This document shows positions 1-10,365 of a DNA stretch of 64,000 nt, piece after piece; the stretch's first letter is position 1; each line of letters starts with the position of its first letter. The stretch covers positions 2,359 through 66,358 of the forward strand of contig JAUCBJ010002774.1 of assembly GCA_032718475.1 (NCBI GenBank). Reading direction: 5' to 3'. The stretch is from Nemertoderma westbladi (Eukaryota > Animalia > Xenacoelomorpha). Position numbers and translations under genes: made by a program. The notes beneath the pieces are model-generated. The model did not search any database. It was not told the origin of the DNA and saw only the letters and a program-made list of their open reading frames with translations.

Positions 1-157
1 CGTCAAAAGTTGAGAAAGAATCGGAAGTTTTATCAAAAACGAACGAACGCAACGAGGCACATGAGGAGGACGAGTATTGTGTTGAAGAAACTCGTTAATG
101 GTACCCATATGCTAAAGGCTTTGCTCACTTCGTGCTGTGCGAAGACCCCACGAATGT
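1..157 (-). mobile_element. End of a hairpin-ended non-autonomous element (same family as 20581-20837 and 60393-61942)
   Basis: tcgtgctgtgcgaagaccccacgaatgtgt is the reverse complement of the left end at 20581 and 60393. Bases 30-90 match the reverse complement of 60835-60880. Confidence 0.6.
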
Positions 158-1120
158 GTTATTCCTATGTGAATAATAGTGCATAGAAATAATATAATAG
201 GGATGACAAATGACATAGTAAAGATTAATCGGTATGTATCGTTTCCTATTTGTGAAATCGGAGTTTCGGTTTTTATTTTTATAGTTTTTTACTAAGTTAA
301 TATCGTATTTACCATTTTCCGGAAAAAACATTATTTATACGTTTTGATTTTAAACTCTCATCGTAATACAATAAGTTTGGTAAGTGAGATTCAAAAAGAG
401 ATTTAAAATTATCCGAAGTACGGATTGAATGTGAGCAGTGATTATTTTATTACGATAATTATTGTTACCTGTGATTGCATTATTGATATATATAAACCCA
501 CCCACACTTGTAGTAAAAATTATTAAATATTTAGCATCAATAATTAATTTGTTTGGTATTTGAATTATTAATTATCTTCATACTTAATAGAGATCCACAG
601 ATTATTCCATCAGCGGCGGTGCTGTCCCGATAAATCATATCTAACCAAGTGAGCCACACCATACCAGCTGCACTCCTGCACGCACTGTTAATAATTATAT
701 AAATATATTTGGATATATACAATATATACAATATATACAATATATATATACTGAAAATAATAATATTGCGTTGTTATATATCGAACTGTAATAATAATAA
801 AACGGTTAGTAAAATATAACACCGTTATTGAGATGTGTAACATAATATTATTTAGTTTATTTACAATGTAAACAATATAATACAATACTAATAATCTATA
901 ATTAATATTATATTATTTTTATTGGCTGCTTAGCGATTGAATGAAAGAAGCGCTGAAGTGTGATACTAAAAAGCTGTTACCAACTTAGTAGCTTTATAAC
1001 AAAGCAGCTCTTTTATTGTAAATAATCACTGCACTGATTTTAATTTCATTGAAATTCATTATAATGCTGATAATGAAACTAGTTTGTTAATTTATTTACT
1101 TATTGACCTTCTAATAGTAC

Positions 1121-2017
1121 AACCCTTAATACAACAACAATTTTTAGGGGGTCGGAGCCCCCCCCCCCCCCCCCCCCTAATTTTTTTCAAATTTCAATAA
1201 AATGCTACGAAATTCGGTATGATGATAGATCGACACCTTTTCTTACTGGTGGTCTGGCCGGATTTATCAATTTCTCAGTTATTTCCATACAACAAGCCCT
1301 TAAAAATGTCTATTTAGCAATGTTTAACCACCTCCGTAGACTTTATTTTACGTCTTTGAAATGTAATCTACAGTAGATATCATTCGAAGCGCCTTTGTCT
1401 GTAGATTCCGAATCTGAAAACCGTTTTAAATTTAACCGAAAATTGGTAAAGATATTATCAAAATTCTAAGGTGTAAATTTAGAGACATAAATCGCTATAA
1501 TTCTGATGTTTTGTTGTCTTTATTCTAGAATATTAATTATTATTTAGCTCAGCGTTTAAAACTTTCCATCTTGTTTTTTCATTATCCATAATTAATATTC
1601 TAGAATTGAATAAAAAACACATTAGAATTATAGCGATTTACGTCACAAAATGTACACCTTAGTTTTTTGATAATATCTTTACCAATTTTGGTTAAATTTA
1701 AAACGGTTTTCAGATTCGGAATCTACAGACGAAGGCGGTTCTAATGATATCTAGATTACATTTCAAAGACGAAAAATAAATCCGACGGAGATGGTTAAAC
1801 ATTGCGAAATAGACAATTTTTAACGGCTTGTTGTATCGAAATAGCTCATAAATTAAAAAATCCGGCCAGGCCACCTGTAATAAAAGGTGTTGATCTATCA
1901 TCCATACCAAATTTCGTAGCATTTTATTGAAATTTGAAAAAAATAGGGGGAGGAGGGGGGGGGGGGGGGGGGGGGAGGAGCTCCGACCCCGTAAAAATGG
2001 TTGTTGTATTAAGGGTT
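1121..2017. mobile_element. ~900-bp foldback/MITE-like element with very long terminal inverted repeats
   Basis: AACCCTTAATACAACAAC at the left end and GTTGTTGTATTAAGGGTT at the right. Arms are complementary for ~420 bp, including a poly-C tract (1158) paired with a poly-G tract (1945). No ORF. Confidence 0.85.
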
Positions 2018-2181
2018 ATGGTGTATTGAAATTTTATAATAAATATTTACAGCTACCGTTAATTCCTTTGTTTGTATGGGAACAATACATATTTATGTTA
2101 AAATAAGTCGTTTTCGTTAGGACGTAGTAGTAAGCACTAAACAGTACCCCTACAACTAAACATTTTAATGCTAACCTTATT

Positions 2182-2906
2182 AGGTGCTAGTGTGTTATAG
2201 GTACACCCCCCTAAAAAAAATTTTACTAGCTAGTTTTTGCTATTTCTTCTTATGAACATTTTCCAGAACATGTTAGCTAATTTATAAAAAATTCATGAAT
2301 GTTCTAGAACAAATATTTCAATTAAAAAAAAAAAGAAAAAAAGAAAAAAAATGTTCTAGAACAAATAATTTTTGTTCTAAAACATTTTTTTGAAAAATAT
2401 AAATATATATATTTTTTTTTAATTTTTGTAAAATTTGATTAATCTAATTTTTATCGTTGCTGGCAAGGTGAGTGGGTGGGTGGGGTGTAGCTAGTATTTT
2501 TTTAATAGCTAATTTTAAAAGAAGGATTTCACTGTATTGAGGTCATATATTCAGAAATTAATTACATAGAAGACTTATAGGCCTACTGCATAAGACTTAT
2601 TAATTCCTCTGAACTCAAATCAGTCATTTTTACAACATGCAATTATTATTCTTAGCTATAGAAATTAAAATAATCTTGAAAATATAATTACCTTGATATC
2701 AAATACAACATCACTAATAAAAAATATAATATGTAAGTTTTTTAAAAATTGGTTCTAGAACAAAGAATATTTGTTCTAGAATATTTTATTATATAAATTA
2801 TTAAATATATGACATGTTCTAGAATATTTACAAAAAAGTCGGCAAAAATTTGCTACAGTATAATAAAAAATTGAGGGGGGTGTATACCTATAACACACTA
2901 GTACCC
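2182..2906. mobile_element. MITE-like element with ~30-bp TIRs and an AT-rich interior with TGTTCTAGAACA palindromes
   Basis: ggtgctagtgtgttataggtacacccccc ... gggggtgtatacctataacacactagtaccc. Confidence 0.75.
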
Positions 2907-3158
2907 TTTATTAATTATTATTACGTAATTACTGATATAGAATAAATAATGCGAAATCAACACATTTATCTTTTAGATCGTTGATTTGATTAATATTATA
3001 TTATCAGCATTATTTTTGGAAGATTTATTGGTTTAATTACTATTATTGTCCGCGAACATTAAAGTCTTTATTGTCGGCACCTTTGCGGACAATACAGGGG
3101 ATATTTTGAAAAAATATACCTGTATGTAGTGGCCACTATTCGCTAAACTCAACTTAAA

Positions 3159-4361
3159 ATGAAATTACTGAAAGTGTTGCTATGTATACTGGTTACCTTA
3201 ACAACAATATCAACTATATATTATACCTCTTTTGGAAAGACAATGGATAGTTTTTATATAAATAATTTAATATATAAATACAGTCCCAACCCTTCACCGA
3301 ACAATGCAATATATAAAACTAATCCCAACACTACTACTCCAGCAAACTATGACATCACTAACATTGATAACTCTACGCCTCTCAACCGTTCCAATGTTAT
3401 ATATTTCTTGAAGCAACACAAATGTGGCAGCGAGACAGTTAGCACGGTTCTCACGTGGTTCGCTATTCGGAATCATCTGAGGATAGGAGTCCCGAAACCA
3501 TGGCATCTTCATTTCGTGATATGGACATCTCGTTTTTTGCCTCAACTATTGATGGGCAACGGGAAAGGTTACACAGCAACATCCTCCAGCAACAAAGTCG
3601 ACGTTATCTACCTTCACACGGTATACAACGCAACCACAGTGGAGCGAGTAATGAAACCGGGTTGCAAACGTGTCTCTATCGTAAGGGAGTCGGCTCGCCA
3701 ATTCGACTCCATTATGGCCCATTTCTGTGTGTTTTTTCCTCCATGTCTGAATGTTTTTAAGAACCGCAGCAATGTTTTGGCTTATTTTGTAGCCAATCCA
3801 GACGAATTTTATATTAATGGAAACAAACAATTTCCTCTGAGAGACCCAATGATGTTGAATTTCGGTTTTCAGTTTAGTAAAAATGCCGAAGTCGGTGAAA
3901 TTAAAGCCGCCATTAACTACATTGATAAGGAATTCGACTTAATAATGGTCCTGGAGCGTTTCGATGAATCGATGGTTTTATTAAAGAAGTTGATGGGCTG
4001 GACGTTCGACGATATAATATATATTTCCATTAACGCCAGGCAGAAAATAGTTGTACATCCTCTATCCGCAAACCTAACGGAACAACTCAAAACGATCAAC
4101 AAGGCGGACGCCATGCTTCACGACTACTTCAGCAGTAAACTCGAGGACCACATAAAGGTCTATGGTGTGGAAGAAATGGAGGCGGATGTTACCGAGTTCC
4201 GTCGACTTAGGGGAGAATTCATCGGTGGTTGTCCGCGAAGAGGAATGAGGGATATATTTACGGCTTCGGATATCAACGACAGATGTAAGGTACTTCAACA
4301 AGCGAACCCCGCAATAGTTCGACTTATACAACAAGGCAAATACAAATATGATCCAGAATAG
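3159..4361 (+). CDS. Galactose-3-O-sulfotransferase (GAL3ST) family type II Golgi membrane protein, single coding exon, 400 aa
   Basis: N-terminal signal anchor and P/T/N-rich stem. 5'-PSB-like motif FLKQHKCGSETV and 3'-PB-like motif SIVRESARQFDS. Family motifs FDLIMVLERFDESMVLLKKLMGW and NKADAMLHDYF. Confidence 0.85.
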   Translation: MKLLKVLLCILVTLTTISTIYYTSFGKTMDSFYINNLIYKYSPNPSPNNAIYKTNPNTTTPANYDITNIDNSTPLNRSNVIYFLKQHKCGSETVSTVLTWFAIRNHLRIGVPKPWHLHFVIWTSRFLPQLLMGNGKGYTATSSSNKVDVIYLHTVYNATTVERVMKPGCKRVSIVRESARQFDSIMAHFCVFFPPCLNVFKNRSNVLAYFVANPDEFYINGNKQFPLRDPMMLNFGFQFSKNAEVGEIKAAINYIDKEFDLIMVLERFDESMVLLKKLMGWTFDDIIYISINARQKIVVHPLSANLTEQLKTINKADAMLHDYFSSKLEDHIKVYGVEEMEADVTEFRRLRGEFIGGCPRRGMRDIFTASDINDRCKVLQQANPAIVRLIQQGKYKYDPE

Positions 4362-4439
4362 TTAAATAATAGTTTCGTTAAAATAATGGCTTAAAAGTTT
4401 TTTTTACGAAACTTTATTTCAATAAAAATTGCGGTGAAT

Positions 4440-5361
4440 TTGGGCTGCAAATCAGTTTTCACTTGCGTATAGCGGCAGACCGATTAAATCTCCCCCCCCC
4501 CCCCCCCCCCCCCACAAAGACGCAGCATGTGGTCCAGAATATATGGCAAGATTCAGCTTAAACTGATTAAAATCAATGAGACGGGAGAATCTATTCACTT
4601 TCAGGCATAAAGTAGTAAATATATATATATATATATAAATAGCGGGTGACTGTTGAACTGTTTTTCAACAAAACAAATTTTCAACTTGGCAGCTTTAAAT
4701 TCGACAAAGTTATAAGCATGTCAATATCATAACGACGACAACGATTTCACTTTCAGACATTTGGCCCTCTAGCGGCAGACTGGAGAACTGCAGATGGATT
4801 CGCCTCCTTTGAAAGTCACAGCTAATGGTCTAATACATATCTGCCAAGTTTCAGCTTAAACGGATTAAAAGCAAAGAAATGGGAGGGCATTTAATGTTTA
4901 GACATGTGGCCCTCTAGCGGGAGACCATTGCACTGATGGTGTCTGAAAGTCTCTCAAAAATCTCAACTTTAGCTCATATTGATACCTACAAATTTTCAAC
5001 TTGGCAGCTTTAAATCCGACAAAGTTATTAGCATGTCAAAATCGTAACGACGACAACGATTTCACTTTCAGACCTTTGGCCCTTTAGCGGCAGACTGGAG
5101 AACTGCAGATGGATTCGCCTCCTTTGAAAGTCACAGCTAATGGTCTAATACATATCTGCCAAGTTTCAGCTTAAACGGATTAAAAGCAAAGAAATGGGAG
5201 GGCATTTAATGTTTAGACATGTGGCCCTCTAGCGGGAGACCATTGCACTGATGGTGTCTGAAAGTCTCTCAAAAATCTCAACTTTTGCTCATATTGATAC
5301 CTACAAATTTTCAACTTGGCAGCTTTAAATCCGACAAAGTTATTAGCATGTCAAAATCGTA

Positions 5362-5402
<41 letters not shown>

Positions 5403-5498
5403 AACGACGACGACGACGACAACTATTTGCATAAATTGACCCACCCCCTAACAGTGTCAATTCGCTAAGGCTCCGCCAACTTCGTGGCTCGCCCCACA
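4440..5498 (+). mobile_element. Non-autonomous element with 315-bp internal tandem repeats, a (GAC)n microsatellite and a terminal hairpin (HINE/DINE-1-like architecture); left end not found
   Basis: caacttggc recurs at 4682, 4997 and 5312 (315-bp period). (GAC)n at 5362-5420. Ends in cttcgtggctcgccccaca like the other family copies. Confidence 0.65.
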
Positions 5499-5554
5499 TT
5501 CGATTTAAATGATTACCTTAATTCCTTTTACAAGTTTGTATTTTGCCAGTCGCT

Positions 5555-5652
5555 CTGACCAATGAGGCTTTTCTCTGTGCATCAATATTTCTTATTGGCG
5601 GGAATTTTCAAGATAGATTTCTGGGCTTTATTTGCTGGCGGGGATTTCAAAT
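5555..5652 (+). promoter_or_regulatory. Candidate SF3B3 promoter motifs: a CCAAT box and two E2F/CDE-CHR-like elements
   Basis: CCAAT at ~5559. GGCGG-gaat-TTTCAA at 5597 and GGCGG-ggat-TTCAAA at 5637, both with the 4-nt CDE/CHR spacing. The transcription start is unknown. Confidence 0.3.
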
Positions 5653-7004
5653 AGGCCTACTGTAATACTCAAAGGTGTGGTAATACTGCAAAGTCTAGCT
5701 AGAGTCAGAGAGTAGATGCAACTTACAGACTTACATTGCTGCCGATACCTATTTCAGTATAATTTGGCGTTCCCATTCCCTCTGCCCGACTGGCTAGCCC
5801 AGTAGCCTATATTACAGTCCTGCAGTATTACTGCTGTACTGTATTGCACCAGTCAGCCGGTAGGAGGTCAGGCTTTTTTAAATACCGGTACATCCTTGTG
5901 GTGTGGCTTGCCTTACAGCTGTACAGGTTGCAGCCTTGATATGAGTACGACAGTACGGTACATCGTACTACAGTCAGACAGTACTACACTTACCTGCTTA
6001 CACTACCAGACTACAGGTACAAGGTACAGACAGCACTACCGTCTGACCGTCACGTTTCACTGTCAGATTGTTGCAGTTATCAGACTGTCAGAGATTGGCA
6101 TTGACACGCAGCCGCAGCGGTTCCCTGGTTGCCATGCCAATACTGACTGACTGAATACTGTAATAGGTGTCGTTCAGTCGTTGTCAGTTACCGCAGTACC
6201 GGTACAGCGGTAGGTCTATCAGTTGCAGTTAGTCATTCCAGTTCAGGCTGATCCGGATCCGTGCTCTCCCTGTCTCGTGTCTCCTACCACCTCTGCACCT
6301 GTACGGTACCGGTACCTGCCTTAGGCTGTTAGGACACAGTAGGCCTAGTCTGTTAATATTATGATGTATCGTACAGTCAGACAGTTGTACTATAAGTAGT
6401 GTAATCGTAATGCGTAATGCAGCACCGGTACCGGTAGGCCTACCTAATAAATGAATGATTAATTGTAATGTAATTAAAACTGTCATGTTACCCTGTACTG
6501 CTTTAACCCTACCGGTAACAAAAAATGCCTAATTAAATACCCCCAAAACCACAATATAGTGCGCTAGGATCAGGATGGCTGTCGTCGGCTGCTGAGCTGT
6601 GTCTGGTACACTGGATGACTGGTACTATATATTAAATACATGCACCCAGTCAGCCGAATGTGGAATGTGTGGAAGCTGGAAGGAGGGCCTTGAAGCCGCA
6701 TTGTAGACTTTGTTCTTGGCTTTGTTCAAGATTGGCAGATTGGTGTTGAGTTATTTTACTGTTATTTTTAGCTATTTGATGGTATACAGACAAACTGACC
6801 GAGAGTAACTAAGTCGATACAACTACCGGTGGGCCGTAGGTTTAATCCTATTATTAATTATTGATCATCCTAAATTTAGATTAAAATGTTATTAAAAGTA
6901 GGCCGATTGATAATTCGAGCTAAACCTATCGATCTATATAATATTTTGTAATATATTCAATTCCTCATTCATATCCGCAAGATCATTTATCAACATTAAG
7001 TGAA

Positions 7005-7230
7005 ATGTATTTATATAACCTGACTCTGCAACGGGCAACTGGAATAACTCATGCAATTCATGGAAACTTTAGTGGAACTAAACACCAGGAGATTGTCATT
7101 TCCCGGGGAAAAATCATCGAGTTGTTGAAACCGGACACAAACACTGGTAAACTGTATACACTGCTGAGTGTAGAAGTGTTCGGAATAATTCGTACTTTAA
7201 TGCCATTCCGACTGACAGGGGCAAACAAAG
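7005..7230 (+). CDS. SF3B3: Splicing factor 3B subunit 3, coding exon 1
   Basis: MYLYNLTLQRATGITHAIHGNFSGTK...FRLTGANK matches the SF3B3/Rse1 N-terminus. Donor G|gtaaac at 7231, phase 1. Confidence 0.97.
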
Positions 7231-8151
7231 GTAAACTCTATTTTGGAACTGTTATTAAATAAATCTATATTTTTCTAAAATACGACAAGAAAAAATAACA
7301 AACAAATTAATTAAATACAATAATAACGTACACTGATGTGTACCGGTACCAAACAAGAAAAAATATGAATATATGATGAATGAATATAATAGTTGTTGTT
7401 AGCTGTATCAATATTATTATTCACAGTGGTTCTTGAAATCATTAAAACGTTTTGAATTTAAATTTTAGTCCTTGAATTAATGTATTCTAATTATTATTTT
7501 AAATATTGTCACTGTGTAATAATATTAATAATCACTGCTAACACTACTTGCAGAGACGAAGAAGAGTAAATGGGTTGCACAACATGAATGGGCATACAAT
7601 CCTTCCTGGCTTCTACACGGCTATTTCTGCGTTTACTATTAATGAATAGTAATAATACTCCAATTTATATATTTCAAATTGAATTTAAAATATATATTTT
7701 CATATTTTTTTTTATTGTTTAGCTTCTTGCTCCGTTTCCAGTTTGAGTATATTTTTTTGACCAACATATTCGATTTTGTTGCCAAATAGGGTACTATGAA
7801 TAATTATTGGACCTATTGAAAATTGTGAGTTAAATTTTCGTTTTTTTTTTTCAATTTATTTTACAGCTAAATGTTAAGTCAAGGAATTCCTCTCATAAAA
7901 TATAATAATAATACGGTGTAAACTAACTTTATACCGGTTCGCAAATCCCACCTTGGAGAATTAGTATCTCTCCTCAATGTTAACTTGTCAATAATATTGT
8001 CAATAATTAACATATTGCAATACCTAGATATTACTTAAACACTATATTAATTATTATTATTATTACTATTATTAATTATCTGTTGTTATTAACTACAACA
8101 CGTATTATTCAATAATACAATCCTAATTGAAGAAGCTTTTAATTATTTTAG

Positions 8152-8322
8152 ATTACATTGTATGCGGTACCGATTCAGGACGAATATCTATTCTAGAATA
8201 CGACGCTAAAAAGAATGTGTTTGAAAAAGTTCATCAAGAAACTTTCGGGAAAAGTGGCTGTCGACGAATTATTCCGGGACAACATCTGGCGGTCGATCCT
8301 AAAGGGAGAGCCTTGATGCTTG
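8152..8322 (+). CDS. SF3B3: SF3B3 coding exon 2
   Basis: ttttag| (D)[16 protein letters not shown]...[31 protein letters not shown]|gtaggt. Phases are compatible with the neighbouring exons. Confidence 0.97.
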
Positions 8323-10365
8323 GTAGGTGGGGTAACTGGAAGGTGTGGTACATGGTAGGTGTGGTACATGGTAGGTGTGGTACCTGGTATGTGTGGTACC
8401 TGGTAGGTTTGGTACATGGTAGGTGTGGTACATGGCAGGTGTGGTACATGGTAGGTGTGGTACCTGGTATGTGTGGTACCTGGTAGGTTTGGTACTTGGT
8501 AGGTGTGGTACATGGTAGGTGTGGTACCTGGTAGGTTTGGTACATGGTAGGTGTGGTACATGGTAGGTGTGGTACATGGTAGGTGTGGTACCTGGTAGGT
8601 TTGGTACATGGTAGGTGTGGTACATGGTAGGTGTGGTACATGGTAGGTGTGGTACATGGTAGGTGTGGTACATGGTAGGTGTGGTACATGGTAGGTGTGG
8701 TACCTGGTATGTGTGGTACCTGGTAGGTTTGGTACATGGTAGGTTTGGTACATGGCAGGTGTGGTACATGGTAGGTGTGGTACCTGGTATGTGTGGTACC
8801 TGGTAGGTTTGGTACATGGTAGGTGTGGTACATGGTAGGTGTGGTACATGGCAGGTGTGGTACCTGGTAGGTGTGGTACATGGTAGGTGTGGTACATGGT
8901 AGGTGTGGTACATGGTAGGTGTGGTACATGGTAGGTGTGGTACATGGTAGGTGTGGTACATGGTATGTGTGGTACAGGGTAGGTGTGGTACATGGTAGGT
9001 GTGGTACATGGTAGGTGTGGTACATGGTAGGTGTGGTACATGGTAGGTGTGGTACCTGGTATGTGTGGTACCTGGTAGGTTTGGTACATGGTAGGTGTGG
9101 TACATGGTAGGTGTGGTACATGGTAGGTGTGGTACTTGGTAGGTGTGGTACCTGGTATGTGTGGTACCTAGTAGGTTTGGTACATGGTAGGTTTGGTACA
9201 TGGTAGGTTTGGTACCTGGTAGGTGTGGTACATGGTAGGTGGGGTAATTGGTATGTGTGGTACATGGTAGGTGTGGTACCTGGTATGTGTGGTACCTGGT
9301 AGGTTTGGTACATGGTAGGTTTGGTACATGGCAGGTGTGGTACATGGTAGGTGTGGTACCTGGTATGTGTGGTACCTGGTAGGTGTGGTACCTGGTATGT
9401 GTGGTACCAGGTAGGTGTGGTACCTGTAAGTGGTACCAGGTAGGTGTGGTACATGGTAGGTGTGGTACAGGGTAGGTGTGGTACATGGTAGGTGTGGTAC
9501 ATGGTAGGTTTGGTACATGGTAGGTGTGGTACATGGTAGGTGTGGTACCTGGTAGGTGTGGTACCTGGTAGGTGTGGTACATGGTAGGTGTGGTACCTGG
9601 TAGGTGTGGTACATGGTAGGTGTGGTACATAGTAGGTGTGGTACATGGTAGGTGTGGTACATGGTAGGTGTGGTACCTGTAAGTGGTACCAGGTAGGTGT
9701 GGTACCTGGTAGGTGTGATACATGGTAGGTGTGGTACATGGTAGGTGTGGTACCTGGTATGTGTGGTACCAGGTAGGTGTGGTACATGGTAGGTGTGGTA
9801 CATGGTAGGTGTGGTACATGGTAGGGTTGGTACATGGTAGGTGTGGTACCTGGTAGGTGTGGTACATGGTAGGTGTGGTACATGGTAGGTGTGGTACATG
9901 GTAGGTGTGGTACATGGTAGGTGTGGTACCTGGTAGGTGTGGTACCTGGTAGGTGTGGTACATGGTAGTTGTGGTACCAGGTAGGTGTGGTACAGGTACC
10001 TGGTAGGTGTGGTACATGGTAGGTGTGGTACATGGTATGTGTGGTACATGGTAGGTGTGGTACTTGGTAGGTGTGGTACATGGTAGGTGTGCTACCTGGT
10101 AGGTGTGGTACATGGTAGGTGTGGTACATGGTAGGTGTGGTACATGGCAGGTGTGGTACCTGGTAGGTGTGGTACCTGGTAGGTGTGGTACATGGTAGGT
10201 GTGGTACATGGTAGGTGTGGTACCAGGTAGGTGTGGTACATGGTATGTGTGGTACCGGGTAGATGAGTGTGTAGATTTCTTAAGCCCAGTGCTGACTGAC
10301 TGCTTGGCCTACTGCTTGCCTACCGCTGTTACTGCTACTGACCACAGGCTACTTTGATTTTGCAT

